A stretch of DNA of 64,000 nucleotides from Candidatus Latescibacterota bacterium (GCA_965242865.1 CBDETK010000013.1:128001-192000); one strand, 5' to 3'. Counted from the stretch's first letter, positions 9,206 through 19,346 are shown. The notes: generated by a model not told the origin, from the sequence alone. Numbers and translations are program-made.

Positions 9206-10264
9206 CTACCAATTATCCGCTAAGTACGTGCCGTACCGCCGCTGGCCTCCCAAGCCCTGTAGCTGCGTCGGCTCTGCAAGGGGCACCACGGGGTTTTCCA
9301 AAACCCCGATCCCGCCGGAAAAGGTCAACTGCATCACGTCTCCGTCCACAAGCCCCGCCGCCAAGTCCGCCTCGGCAAAGACGATGGGCGTCCCCCAATA
9401 AAACGCCAGCAGGGTGCGCGGCGCTAGGGGCAGCCGCCGGAAGAGGTGGTGCTCTAGATGCAGGAGTTGCCCGGGCATGTTTAGGTTGTTCTGGCCGGTT
9501 GCGCCCTTTTTGTACGCAATGGATCGTCCGCCGCGCAGGATGCGGCACGAGACCTCGACCTCGGCGTCGTCGTACTCGTCGGCCGTAACCAACAGCGGCC
9601 CCAAGGAAGCGCACCCACCGGCCCAGTTTTTGGCTTGGGGCAAGTTGAGGGGATTGGCGGCTTCAATGCCGTTGTCCGTGGCGTCGTTGCCGCCGGTGTA
9701 GCCCAGCCGCTCTAAGCGGCCTTGGCGCGTCAGGCCATAGACCGACACCAGCTCGGTCTCGGGCACTAAGCGCTGGGTATTCCCAGGCCGGGTGATGGGC
9801 TGGCCGTGCCCGACGACCGCGTCCGGCTCGCCCTTGGCAAACAGCTCGGGGCGGCCGCCGCCGGACACTTCGCGGTATTTCTGGTCGTACACGTTGACCG
9901 CCTCGCCGGTGGCCTGCTGGGCTTCGATTTCGCGCAGTTTGGCACTGACTTGGTGGGTCACGCCGGCCAGCCACACGCGCAGGGCGTGGGGGTCGCCGGG
10001 CGGGCCGCTGATCGGCTTAATCAGGTGCGGGGTGCGGGTGCTGCGGTTGGCCAACAGCGCGTCTAGCGGCAAGCGGCGCGTAGCCCGGTTTTGCAAGTTC
10101 TGAGCGGCAGCCGCCAACCCAAGCTCGTCGCCGCCGCCATCGTAGTAAAGCTGATGCACGGTGCGCAGCCCTTGGGCCGCGCCCGTCAGGTCTAGGACCT
10201 CGTCGCCGGCCACGAGGCCCAAGTGCATCCCGTCGCCCGGCTCGATAAACTGCACTAGTTTCAC
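9206..10264 (-). CDS. Fumarylacetoacetate hydrolase family protein (sugar-acid dehydratase-like)
   Basis: 'WLAGVTH..S', 'RPELFAKG', 'VPETEL', 'GYTGGND', 'ANPLNLPQAK'. Confidence 0.78.
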   Translation of the reverse strand: MKLVQFIEPGDGMHLGLVAGDEVLDLTGAAQGLRTVHQLYYDGGGDELGLAAAAQNLQNRATRRLPLDALLANRSTRTPHLIKPISGPPGDPHALRVWLAGVTHQVSAKLREIEAQQATGEAVNVYDQKYREVSGGGRPELFAKGEPDAVVGHGQPITRPGNTQRLVPETELVSVYGLTRQGRLERLGYTGGNDATDNGIEAANPLNLPQAKNWAGGCASLGPLLVTADEYDDAEVEVSCRILRGGRSIAYKKGATGQNNLNMPGQLLHLEHHLFRRLPLAPRTLLAFYWGTPIVFAEADLAAGLVDGDVMQLTFSGGIGVLENPVVPLAEPTQLQGLGGQRRYGTYLADNW

Positions 10265-10287
10265 GCGGATTGCTCCCTAAGAATCGG

Positions 10288-11115
10288 TTAAGAGATGAAG
10301 AGCGGTGCGTCGGACTTGGGCGCGATGCCAGCCCGCTCGGCGCGCTCGATCAGGTCGAATATGGCGGCCTCGCCGTCCGCTCCGTAATCGAGCGTGTGTC
10401 GATTGACGTACAGGTCGATATGCGCCTGCACGACGCCTTCGTCCATTTCTTGGGCGTACTGGCGGATGTAGCCCTGCACCGCGTCTGGATGGGTGTAGGC
10501 GAACTCTACGCTCTGCACGAGCGCGCGGTCGAGCTGGCTGATGAACTCGGCCCCGAGGCTGCGCCGCGCGAGGATGCCGCCGAGGGGAATTGGATGCCCG
10601 GTGCTTTCCTCCCACCACTGGCCTAGGTCGAGGATCGCTTCGAGCCCGTGTTGGGCATAGGTGAAGCGGCTCTCGTGGATGATGACGCCCGCATCGACCA
10701 AGCCCTGCGCGGTCGCTCCCACGATTTGGTCAAAGGGCATGACCGCTAGCTGCTCAATGCGGGGGTCAAAGAGCCTCAGCAGCAGGGCCGCGGTGGTCAG
10801 CCGCCCGGGAATGGCGATCCGCTTGTTCTTGAGGTCGTCCCGCGCCAATGGCTCCCGCGCGACCAAGAGCGGCCCGCACCCCCGCCCCAAGGCACCGCCG
10901 GCATGCAGGAGGCAGTACTGCTCCCGCAAGTGCGCCAGCGCGTGGAAGGATACTTTGGTCGCGTCGAGCTGCCCCCGCAGTGCTTGGGCGTTGAGCGTCT
11001 CAATGTCGGCCAGCACCGGGGTGCATTTGGGTGCGCCGGTGATCTGCCCGTGGACCAAGGCGCAAAAGACGAATGTATCGTTGGGACAGGGCGAATAGCC
11101 CAAGGTCACGCGCAT
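10288..11115 (-). CDS. mqnD: 1,4-dihydroxy-6-naphthoate synthase
   Basis: 'GYSPCPNDTF', 'GALGRGCGP', 'GVIIHESRFTY', 'PIPLGGI', 'HIDLYVN'. Confidence 0.95.
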   Translation of the reverse strand: MRVTLGYSPCPNDTFVFCALVHGQITGAPKCTPVLADIETLNAQALRGQLDATKVSFHALAHLREQYCLLHAGGALGRGCGPLLVAREPLARDDLKNKRIAIPGRLTTAALLLRLFDPRIEQLAVMPFDQIVGATAQGLVDAGVIIHESRFTYAQHGLEAILDLGQWWEESTGHPIPLGGILARRSLGAEFISQLDRALVQSVEFAYTHPDAVQGYIRQYAQEMDEGVVQAHIDLYVNRHTLDYGADGEAAIFDLIERAERAGIAPKSDAPLFIS

Positions 11116-11834
11116 AGCCCCCCCTCCAAAAGCTGCTGAACGGCGGCCTGCGCCCTAGCGGTGGCCTGCGGCAAATCCCATTGCTCGGGCGCGCGCTGTT
11201 CGACGATGTTGCTCATGGCGCGCAGCTCGGCAAAAGGCACCTCGTACAGGGTGCATAAGTGCGCGGCCGCCGCGCCCTCCATGTTTTCGCACAAGGCCCC
11301 AAAACGCCGTCCCCGTTCCACCCCCAATTCGTCGGTGCCCGCGCATTCCTGCACGGTGACGAAGGGGCCGATATAGGCTTCCGGCAACGCGGCCGCGGCC
11401 CGCTGCACCCACTGCTCGTCGGTGGGGAAGCAATTGAAGTAAGAACCCCCTTTCTCCAGCACCGGAATGCCCATTAGTTCGCCGTCCTGCCAGCCGTCTG
11501 GCGTCCGCACCCCCAAATCCCCGTAGTATTCCTCGCTGGCCAAGGCCAGATCTCCGACGCTGGCCCCGCTCTCGGGATAAGCTCCCCCCACGCCGACTTG
11601 GACGACCCGGAGCGGTCGCTGCTCCTGCAAGTAGCAGGTGAGCGCGTGGGCCGCATTCACCGCGCCGATGCCGGTCGTTACCAAGGTCACCGGCTGGCCG
11701 CCAATTTTCCCGCTTACCCATTCGCGCTCGGCGACTTTGCGCTGTACGCGCTCGGCCATGGCCTCTCTTAGGGCGAACTGCTCAAAAGCCGTCGCACTCA
11801 GCACGAGGATTTCTTCTGTGGTCGTCATGGACAT
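11106..11834 (-). CDS. mqnB: Futalosine hydrolase
   Basis: 'TGIGAVNAA', 'GVGGAY', 'ENMEGAA', 'RAMSNIVE.R...W'; adjacent to mqnD. Confidence 0.9.
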   Translation of the reverse strand: MSMTTTEEILVLSATAFEQFALREAMAERVQRKVAEREWVSGKIGGQPVTLVTTGIGAVNAAHALTCYLQEQRPLRVVQVGVGGAYPESGASVGDLALASEEYYGDLGVRTPDGWQDGELMGIPVLEKGGSYFNCFPTDEQWVQRAAAALPEAYIGPFVTVQECAGTDELGVERGRRFGALCENMEGAAAAHLCTLYEVPFAELRAMSNIVEQRAPEQWDLPQATARAQAAVQQLLEGGLCA

Positions 11835-11954
11835 TTCTGTAATATACGGTTGACTTAACCGAGGGCCAGCCTTACAATCCGGCCCGTTGCCTGTGCGAGA
11901 CGCTGGGTTGAGCGTCGAGTTGATCCCCGAGCGGATGGAACGGAAAGGACCTCC

Positions 11955-12992
11955 ATGAGCCAACGCCTCTCATACACCAGCGCCGGCGTCAATATAGACC
12001 AGACCGATGCCGCCAAGCGCGCCATGGCCGCGAGCATGGAAACCGCCGACCCGCGCGTGCTCAACCGGATTGGCGCGTTTGCCACCCTGCTCGACGCTCG
12101 CTTCCCCGGCTACGCGCACCCGGTGCTGGTCCACAAGAGCGAAGAGCCCGGGTCCAAGCAAAAGTTGGCTTTTGCACACGGCCGCCATCGCGGGGTCTGC
12201 TACGACATGGTCAACCACCTCATCGACGATATCGTCGTCATGGGCGCCGAGCCGATTTCGATCCAAGACGTCATCGTGTGCGGCACGATGGAGGGCGCGA
12301 TCGTCAACGACCTCGTCGACGCCTTGGCCGACGCCTGCCGCCAACAGGGCTGCACCCTGACCGGCGGCGAGACCTCGGTGCAGCCCGGCGTGGTCCCCGA
12401 TGGCCTCTACGTGCTGACCGCCAGCGTCATCGGCGTCGTCGATAAGGACGCCATCATCGACGGCCGCGCCATTGAGGCTGGCGATCAGGTTTTGGCGCTC
12501 GCTTCCAACGGCCTGCATACCAACGGCTATACGCTGATCCGCGCCCTCTTAGACCGGCAACCCGAGCTGCTCGCGGCCGACGTGGCTGGCGAGCCCTTCC
12601 TCGAAGCGGTGCTCAAGCCCCATACCTGCTACTTGCAGGCTGTGCGCGGCCTTTTCACCAGCCCCGGCCTGCACGGCATGGCCCACATCACCGGCGGCGG
12701 CCTCCGCGACAACCTCGGCCGCATCTTGCCGCCAGGCCTCAACGCCCAGCTCGACTTAGCGGCCCTGCAGATCCCACCGATCTTCCGCACCTTGCGCGCC
12801 GCAGGCGACCTAGACGAGGAGGACATGCTGCGCACGTTTAATATGGGCGTGGGTATGGTGCTGGTGGTCGCGCCCGAGGCCGTGGACCAGGTGCTGGCCC
12901 ACGTAGCGGCCCAAGCCTGCCGGGCCTATCCGCTCGGGGAAATCGTCGTTGGCGAGCGCGGAGTTGCGTTGCAGGGGACGCTCGCTTGGTAG
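11955..12992 (+). CDS. purM: Phosphoribosylformylglycinamidine cyclo-ligase
   Basis: 'SYTSAGVNI', 'GGETS..PG', 'SNGLHTNGY', 'HITGGG', 'RTFNMGVG'. Confidence 0.92.
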   Translation: MSQRLSYTSAGVNIDQTDAAKRAMAASMETADPRVLNRIGAFATLLDARFPGYAHPVLVHKSEEPGSKQKLAFAHGRHRGVCYDMVNHLIDDIVVMGAEPISIQDVIVCGTMEGAIVNDLVDALADACRQQGCTLTGGETSVQPGVVPDGLYVLTASVIGVVDKDAIIDGRAIEAGDQVLALASNGLHTNGYTLIRALLDRQPELLAADVAGEPFLEAVLKPHTCYLQAVRGLFTSPGLHGMAHITGGGLRDNLGRILPPGLNAQLDLAALQIPPIFRTLRAAGDLDEEDMLRTFNMGVGMVLVVAPEAVDQVLAHVAAQACRAYPLGEIVVGERGVALQGTLAW

Positions 12993-13189
12993 GGTTGCCG
13001 CCTGCGATCGGCCTGTGTGCCGGCTGCCGGCATGTGCGCGTCGTAGAGTCCGGGCGCGGCTCGGTGTTTTACTTGTGTCGCCGCGCTGCCACTGACCCGC
13101 GCTTGGAAAAGTACCCCCGCTTACCGGTGCGCGGCTGCCCCTGCTATGAGCAGGCAGCTGCCACACCCATCAACCCCAAAGGATCCTAA
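12986..13189 (+). CDS. Small Cys-rich (probable metal-binding) protein
   Basis: 'GLCAGCRH...GSVFYLC...DPRLEKYPRLPVRGC'; overlaps the purM stop; exact start uncertain. Confidence 0.65.
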   Translation: MVGLPPAIGLCAGCRHVRVVESGRGSVFYLCRRAATDPRLEKYPRLPVRGCPCYEQAAATPINPKGS

Positions 13190-13208
13190 GCGCGGCTTCC
13201 TCTCTGCC

Positions 13209-13859
13209 TCAGCGGCTGGCCCAGAGCATGCCGCGCCGCTGGATTTCGCGCGCTTGGGGCACGTCAAAGTCCCGCGCCACGTGGCCCAGCGACGAGTAGA
13301 ACACGCGGCCCGCTCCCCACACGCGCTTCCACACCACCGGCATGATCGTCCCGTTGACCCAAGGCGCGCTTTGACGACCCTTTAGCGTGGTCGTGGCCAG
13401 CACTTGATTGCCCGGATCGGTGTGCATGTAGTACTGCTCGGAGTGCATCTGAAAGTCGTCTAGGCCGGCGACGATGGGGTCGTTTGGGGCCGCGATGTTC
13501 ACTGTGTAGTCGATGATGCCGTCTGGGTGGGCGACGAACTGGCCGCCGACCATGAACTGGTAGGTGGTATTGTTGCGGAACGAATCGGCCATGCAGCCGT
13601 GCCAGCCGGCCACGCCGGCGCCCTGCTCAACAGCCGCTAGCAACCCGCGTTCCTGCTCTCCTTCGATCTGGCCCATCGTCCACGCCGGCACCACGAGATC
13701 TTGCTCGGCCATTAGGTCGCGGTCTTTGTACGCGTCGAGGGTGTCCGAAATGGTCACTGCAAACCCTTCTTCCGCTAGGATGGGCGCGAAAATATCGACG
13801 CACTGCTTGGGCTCGTGCCCCTCCCAGCCGCCCCAAACCATGATTGCTTTCTTGGCCAT
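13209..13859 (-). CDS. ThuA domain-containing protein
   Basis: 'WGGWEGHEP', 'GWHG', 'GGQFVAHP', 'SEQYY', '[10 protein letters not shown]'. Confidence 0.9.
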   Translation of the reverse strand: MAKKAIMVWGGWEGHEPKQCVDIFAPILAEEGFAVTISDTLDAYKDRDLMAEQDLVVPAWTMGQIEGEQERGLLAAVEQGAGVAGWHGCMADSFRNNTTYQFMVGGQFVAHPDGIIDYTVNIAAPNDPIVAGLDDFQMHSEQYYMHTDPGNQVLATTTLKGRQSAPWVNGTIMPVVWKRVWGAGRVFYSSLGHVARDFDVPQAREIQRRGMLWASR

Positions 13860-13873
13860 GATGCTCCTTTGCG

Positions 13874-14629
13874 TTAGCTGGCGCCGCGCGCCAGTTCGTT
13901 GTCAACGAGGTACTGATAGCTCTTTTCCACGGCTTCCATCATGTCGGTCGCACAGCGGTCCAACTCGACGATCAGCCAGTCGCAGGTGCCGTGGCTGGCC
14001 TCGATAATGGGCGGGAAATCCATGGCCCCTTCGCCGACGGCGAGCATGTCCTGCTCCGGGCCGCCCGGGCCGTCCTTGATGTGCAAAAGCGGCGCGCGCT
14101 CGCCCAGCTCCTCGACGACCTGCACGGAGTCGCCGCCGCCGGTATTCACCCAGTAGGTATCGACCTGAAAGAAGATGGACTCGTCGAGCGCTTCGACCAG
14201 TCGCTCAAAGCCCGGACGCCCTTCTACGGGTTGGAACTCCCACCAGTGGTTGTGAAGGCCCAGCTCCAACCCGTTCTCAGCGGCGATCTCGGCGGCTTGA
14301 TTCCAGCGGTCGCACAGGGCCGTGAGCGCGTCCGCGCTTTCAAAGGCAGCGCGCGGCGTGGAGCTCACCACGCGGTTGGCCTCCAGCTCGTGGGCCAGTT
14401 CGATGACTTGGTTTTTTTGCTTGCCCAAGGGCAACTGCGTATGCACGCTGCACACGTCTAACCCTAGATCGGCAAATAGGTCGCTGGCTTCATCTACGGC
14501 GATGCCGGGAAACCCGGCCGTCTCGACGCCCACGTACCCGATCTCGGCGATCCGGGTAACCACGGACTTGAAGTTGTGCGCGAGGGCGTCGCGGACCGTG
14601 TAGAGCTGAAGCGCTATGGGGGCAGCCAT
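13874..14629 (-). CDS. Sugar phosphate isomerase/epimerase (AP_endonuc_2 TIM barrel)
   Basis: 'LQLYTVRD', 'HNHWWEF', 'DTYW', 'HIKD', 'VELD'. Confidence 0.9.
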   Translation of the reverse strand: MAAPIALQLYTVRDALAHNFKSVVTRIAEIGYVGVETAGFPGIAVDEASDLFADLGLDVCSVHTQLPLGKQKNQVIELAHELEANRVVSSTPRAAFESADALTALCDRWNQAAEIAAENGLELGLHNHWWEFQPVEGRPGFERLVEALDESIFFQVDTYWVNTGGGDSVQVVEELGERAPLLHIKDGPGGPEQDMLAVGEGAMDFPPIIEASHGTCDWLIVELDRCATDMMEAVEKSYQYLVDNELARGAS

Positions 14630-14871
14630 TTCTTCCTTCCTTGATGAGAGATGGTAGGGATATGAAAGTCAAAGCGAGAGCGGCTTGCAAATTGTTGGGC
14701 GTCGTAAGGGACTGATGCGTAACGGTAGTAATTAAATGAAAAAAAATGGGCCGAGGGGCAAATAATTTTTGATACACCAAGCCCGCGGTATGCAGCATCC
14801 GTTCATTCAATCCCTTGCTCGGCCGATCCCGCGCTCCTACATTAGCCGCTCCAACCAAGGAGCAATTGCCA

Positions 14872-15945
14872 ATGAGCAGCCAAGACAAAGCGCGCCTCGG
14901 GTTTATCGGCGCCGGCTGGTGGGCCACCAGCAACCACATGCCCGTTTTTGCCGCCCGCGACGACGTCGAACTAACGGCCGTGTGCCGCTTGGGCCAAGCC
15001 GAACTCGCGCAGGTGCGGGACCACTTCGGCTTCGCGTTTGCCACCGAGGACTATCGAGAGTTATTGACCCACTGCGAACTCGACGGAGTCGTCGTGGCCT
15101 CGCCGCACACCCTACACTACGAACACGCCCGCGCGGCCTTAGAGGCCGGCCTGCACGTGATGTGCGAAAAACCCCTGACCACCCGCGCGGCCCACGCGCG
15201 CGAATTGGTGCGCGTCGCGGCCGAGCGAGACCGCCACTTGCTCGTGCCCTACGGCTGGCACCACAAGCCCTTTATCCAGCGGGCCAAGGAGCTGATGGAC
15301 GACCGAGCTATCGGCGAAATTGAATTCGCGCTCTGCCACATGGCCTCGCCGATCCGCGCCTTGCTTGCGGGAGAGGAGGTCGATGTCTCGGACATTTCCG
15401 GGCAGGACGCGGCCAGCCTCTTTGGTCCCACGCCCTCTACGTGGGCCGATCCGGCCGTGGCCGATGGCGGCTACGCCCACGCGCAAATATCGCACTCCTC
15501 GGGGTTGCTGTTTTGGCTGTCCGGGCTGCGCGCCGAGCGCGTCTTTGCCGCCATGAGCGCGCCCGGGGCCAAGGTCGAGCTGTACGACGCGCTCGCGGTG
15601 CGCTTTACCTCGGGGGCCATCGGCACAGTCAGCGGTGCCGGCACCGTGCCCACGGACCAGACCTTTCAGGTTGATTTGCGCCTCTTCGGCTCGGAGGGCA
15701 TGCTGCTCGTCGATTGCGAGCGCGCCCGCATGCACTTGCGCCGCCACGACGGCCGCCACGTCGTCGAGGAGGTCGCCGCGGACGCGGGGGCCTACGAATG
15801 CGATGGCCCGCCCAACAATTTCGCCGACTTGATCTTGGGCAAAACCGACGTCAACTGGACCCCCGGCGCCGCGGCCATGCGCGGGGTGGAAATGCTCGAC
15901 GCCGCGTACCGTTCGGCCGCTTCGGGCCGGGAAGAGGCGGTGTAA
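14872..15945 (+). CDS. Gfo/Idh/MocA family oxidoreductase
   Basis: 'GFIGAG', 'VASPH..HYEH', 'HVMCEKP'; RBS aaggag upstream of ATG 14872. Confidence 0.9.
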   Translation: MSSQDKARLGFIGAGWWATSNHMPVFAARDDVELTAVCRLGQAELAQVRDHFGFAFATEDYRELLTHCELDGVVVASPHTLHYEHARAALEAGLHVMCEKPLTTRAAHARELVRVAAERDRHLLVPYGWHHKPFIQRAKELMDDRAIGEIEFALCHMASPIRALLAGEEVDVSDISGQDAASLFGPTPSTWADPAVADGGYAHAQISHSSGLLFWLSGLRAERVFAAMSAPGAKVELYDALAVRFTSGAIGTVSGAGTVPTDQTFQVDLRLFGSEGMLLVDCERARMHLRRHDGRHVVEEVAADAGAYECDGPPNNFADLILGKTDVNWTPGAAAMRGVEMLDAAYRSAASGREEAV

Positions 15946-16124
15946 CATCGGCCCTTTAATTGGCCGCAGAAAATTCGTTGACATTGTTTCGTCCCCCCGG
16001 TTGCTTCTGATATAGGAAGCGATTGGGGGTTTTTTGTGGTTTTTTTGAGTCGCCCTTGACATTGTATTACCCCTCCTCGTTGCATTTATAAACACAGAAG
16101 ATCGGCCCCAATTTTGGAGTTAAA

Positions 16125-16289
16125 ATGTTCGTCGTGAATCGCTTGGCTAGGCAAATGCACAGAGCTACGGGAAAAAGCCTCTCCAGCCGGAAGGCTCGTC
16201 TAGCGGCCGACATAGCAGTCGGCGATACCCAGCTCCTACAGACACAGACTTTATTCGCGCCGAGAGGAAGGGATGCCCAACCAGACTGA
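16125..16289 (+). CDS. Putative small protein/leader peptide, 54 aa (MFVVNRLARQMHRATGKSLSSRKARLAAD...)
   Basis: GGAG 5 nt before the ATG, promoter-like motif upstream, strong terminator downstream; below the ORF-track cutoff. Confidence 0.4.
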   Translation: MFVVNRLARQMHRATGKSLSSRKARLAADIAVGDTQLLQTQTLFAPRGRDAQPD

Positions 16290-16321
16290 GGCTCCCTCGT
16301 TCCGAAGGATTAGAATGGCCC

Positions 16322-16366
16322 AGAGGCCGTGGCGCGAAAAGACAACGCGCTACGGCCTCTTTTTTT
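16322..16366 (+). terminator. Rho-independent terminator
   Basis: agaggccgtggcgcg / cgcgctacggcctct 15-bp stem followed by a T run. Confidence 0.85.
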
Positions 16367-16475
16367 GTGAAAAATGGGGGAAATCACTTGACATTGTTTT
16401 ATCGCTTTTATTGAATAATTAGTGAACATTTGTTCAGCTAAATCGGGCTACAAAACAGCGCAACGGAAGCGAAAA

Positions 16476-16808
16476 ATGAAAACCAACGAACAACCACAGC
16501 ACCTCAACACCGCCCCCCGAGCCTTTGCTCGCGGCGGTGCCAAGATGCGCGTTGAGGCCAGGGCCGGCCGGGTCATCGACGCGCACCAGCGCTTCGCCGC
16601 TTTGCGGCGCGGCTTAGACAGCGGGGCGTTGCCGCCCACCCCGGGCGGACGGCAACGGGTCTGCGCGACATTCACCAAGCCAACCAAGGACCTCATCGCA
16701 AGGAGCAAGAATACTATGCGACGCGAGATCATCAACCAAGGGCTGATGTACGCCATCATCAGCCTCTTTGTATTCGCGATGATGCCGCTCCTGCGCTTCC
16801 TCAGCTAA
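16476..16808 (+). CDS. Hypothetical protein with C-terminal TM helix
   Basis: ORF after a promoter-like motif; hydrophobic C-terminus 'LMYAIISLFVFAMMPLL'. Confidence 0.55.
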   Translation: MKTNEQPQHLNTAPRAFARGGAKMRVEARAGRVIDAHQRFAALRRGLDSGALPPTPGGRQRVCATFTKPTKDLIARSKNTMRREIINQGLMYAIISLFVFAMMPLLRFLS

Positions 16809-16841
16809 CGGCTCTTTGACGCGCAGCGGCATTGCAACACC

Positions 16842-16877
16842 GCCCTAGGGCCGCGGCGGCCACCGCGGCCCCAGGGC
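16842..16877. terminator. GC-rich intergenic hairpin
   Basis: gccctagggccgcgg / ccgcggccccagggc; no T tail. Confidence 0.45.
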
Positions 16878-16910
16878 ATCCACCCTCTCGACCTTAGGAC
16901 ACAGAAAAAC

Positions 16911-19346
16911 ATGCAAAACCGCAAGACAGATGTGTGTACTCGGCTGGCCAACTGGTTGTATTGCTTGGGGTCGGTGGCCTGTGCGGTCCTCGGCCCCCGC
17001 GGCCTATACGCCCACCAAGCGCCCGACCGCGCGCTCAGTGCCGTGCGTCTAGAAGGCGTCCGGCCGCTGATCGACGGCGCGCTCGACGATCCCGTGTGGC
17101 AGCAGGCCCCGGTCTTTACCGGCTTCGTCCAGCGCGAGCCCGAGGAGGGGCAGCCGGCGAGCGAACAGACCTCCTTACAGATGGCGTACGACGACGAGAC
17201 CCTCTACGTGGGGATCATGGCGTACGACTCGGCACCCGAGGAGATCGTCTCGCGCTTGGTGCGCCGCGACCAGTGGGCCGAAGCCGACTGGGTCCAAGTC
17301 AGCTTAGACACGCATCACGACCACCAGACGGGCTACGCCTTCTTGGTGTATGCCGGCGGGTCGATCTACGATTCTGTAATCCGCGATTACGGCTGGGACA
17401 ACGACGCTTGGAACGGCGTGTGGGAATCCGCGCACAGCATCGGGCCAGAGGGCTGGAGCGTGGAGTTCGCGATCCCGTTCCACAACCTCCGCTTTAGCAG
17501 CGGTGGCGACTGGGGCATCAACATCGCCCGCTACATCAGCCGCAAGAAGGAACAGGTCTTTTGGGTCATGGTCCCGCGCCAAGAGAGCGGCTGGGTCTCG
17601 CGCTTTGCCCACTTAGAGGGCTTGGCAGCCATCCAATCCAAGCGGACGCTGGAGCTTTTGCCCTACTCGGTGGGCCGCTCCACCTTTGCGGTTGGGCGCG
17701 AATTATTCGGCAATGCCGGCGCGGACTTGCGCTATGGGCTGTCGTCGAATATGTCGCTCAATGCCACGATCAACCCGGATTTCGGCCAAGTGGAAGCCGA
17801 CCCGGCCGAGCTCAACCTCTCGGTCTTTGAGACGTTCCAACAAGAGCGCCGCCCCTTCTTCGTGGCGGACGGCGCGGTTTTCGACACGCCAATCGACTTG
17901 TTCTACTCGCGGCGCATCGGCCGCCGGCCGAGCTTTCACGCCCTGCCCGACGGGCACGATGCCCTCGACGAGAGCGAATCCACCACCATTCTCGGCGCGG
18001 CCAAGCTGACGGGCAAGACTGCGGCCAAGACCACCTTTGGCCTGCTGACGGCCCTTGCTGCCAGCGAGTACGTCCGCATTGAACCAACCTCGGGGCGCGC
18101 GGGGGCTCAAAAGCACCGCGACTTCCTCGTCGAGCCGCGGACCCACTTCCTCGTCGGTCGCGTCAAGCAGGACCTGTTTGCTGGCAACTCGCATGTCGGG
18201 CTTTTGGGCACGGCCGTGCAGCGCGACCGTGCGCCAGACGCCTATACCGGCGGCGTGGATTGGACGCTCAAGTGGCGCGACAATGGATACACCTTTTGGG
18301 GGCAGCTCGCCGGCAGCCTCGCCCCGGTAGATCGGCGCGGCGGTTTCGGCAATATGGCGGTCTTGAGCAAGAACAGCGGTTGGTTGCGCGGCGAGCTGTG
18401 GTGGGAATCCTATTCGCGGCATTTCGAGATCAACGACCTCGGCTTTCAGTGGCGCAACGACTTCTACACCCCTTGGCTGTGGATACAGCTGCGCAAGGAA
18501 GAGGACTGGGCCATCTTTCGCCGCAGTTTCTACAACTTCAATCGCTGGGGCACGTGGAATTTCGACCGCACCAACCTACAAAACGGCTTCGACTTCAACA
18601 CGCACCACCAGCTCAAAAACTACTGGTGGCTCCACTTCGATTACTACCATACGTGGCGGGCCTTCGACGATCTCGACACCCGCGGCGGCCCCCTCATTGT
18701 GAGGCCGGCAAACGACGGCTTTGAGATTGAGTTGGAAAGCGACGACCGCTTCATGGTCAGCGGCTGGGTCGAGTTTGAATGGGAGAACAACTCGGTTGGC
18801 AGCACCCACCGCGAGGTCTCGGGCCGCATCCGCGTCCGGCCGACTTCGCGGTTCGAGATCAGCCTGCGGCCGCGCTATAGCTGGGATTTCAACCATGCCC
18901 AATGGGTCGAAAACCTCGACGAGGACGCCGACGGAGAAGACGATCGATTCGTGTACGGGGAGTTAGACAGCCGAACCCTCGACCTGACGACGCGGGCCAA
19001 CATCCTCTTCAGCCGCGACCTGAGCTTGGAGGTCTATGTACAGCCTTTTATCAGCGCGGGCCGGTACGCCCACTTCAAGGCGTTGGCGCGTCCGCGCTCG
19101 TACTCGTTTGTCAAGCATCTCGGCCCAGCGGAAAGCCCTGATTTCCGCAACCGCTCCCTGCACAGCAACGCCGTCCTGCGCTGGGAGTACAAGCCGGGCA
19201 GCACCCTTTTCATCGTCTGGTCCCAGTTCCGCGACGACGAATCCGCAGTGGGCGCGTTTCGCCCTGGGCACAACCTGCGGCGCAGCTTTTTAGACGAGGG
19301 GACCAACATCCTCTTGGTGAAGCTCAACTATTGGCTGCACCTCTAG
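16911..19346 (+). CDS. DUF5916 / CBM9-like domain outer-membrane protein (host-GC paralogue)
   Basis: 'NATINPDFGQVEADP', 'ERRPFF', 'LRWEYKPGSTLFIVWSQ'; colinear with 689-3127. Confidence 0.88.
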   Translation: MQNRKTDVCTRLANWLYCLGSVACAVLGPRGLYAHQAPDRALSAVRLEGVRPLIDGALDDPVWQQAPVFTGFVQREPEEGQPASEQTSLQMAYDDETLYVGIMAYDSAPEEIVSRLVRRDQWAEADWVQVSLDTHHDHQTGYAFLVYAGGSIYDSVIRDYGWDNDAWNGVWESAHSIGPEGWSVEFAIPFHNLRFSSGGDWGINIARYISRKKEQVFWVMVPRQESGWVSRFAHLEGLAAIQSKRTLELLPYSVGRSTFAVGRELFGNAGADLRYGLSSNMSLNATINPDFGQVEADPAELNLSVFETFQQERRPFFVADGAVFDTPIDLFYSRRIGRRPSFHALPDGHDALDESESTTILGAAKLTGKTAAKTTFGLLTALAASEYVRIEPTSGRAGAQKHRDFLVEPRTHFLVGRVKQDLFAGNSHVGLLGTAVQRDRAPDAYTGGVDWTLKWRDNGYTFWGQLAGSLAPVDRRGGFGNMAVLSKNSGWLRGELWWESYSRHFEINDLGFQWRNDFYTPWLWIQLRKEEDWAIFRRSFYNFNRWGTWNFDRTNLQNGFDFNTHHQLKNYWWLHFDYYHTWRAFDDLDTRGGPLIVRPANDGFEIELESDDRFMVSGWVEFEWENNSVGSTHREVSGRIRVRPTSRFEISLRPRYSWDFNHAQWVENLDEDADGEDDRFVYGELDSRTLDLTTRANILFSRDLSLEVYVQPFISAGRYAHFKALARPRSYSFVKHLGPAESPDFRNRSLHSNAVLRWEYKPGSTLFIVWSQFRDDESAVGAFRPGHNLRRSFLDEGTNILLVKLNYWLHL

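Larger units (their letters stand above)
15978..16397 (+). promoter_or_regulatory. AT-rich regulatory region with three TTGACATTGT-N13/14-TTG motifs
   Basis: Identical 10-mers at 15978, 16056 and 16388. Confidence 0.5.

Noticed and set aside
16145-16230. Cyclic di-GMP-I riboswitch-like words (ggcaaa...gagctacggg...atagcagtcgg)
   Set aside because: No GAAA-tetraloop P2 stem or GACGCAAAG junction; an sORF with RBS explains the region as well
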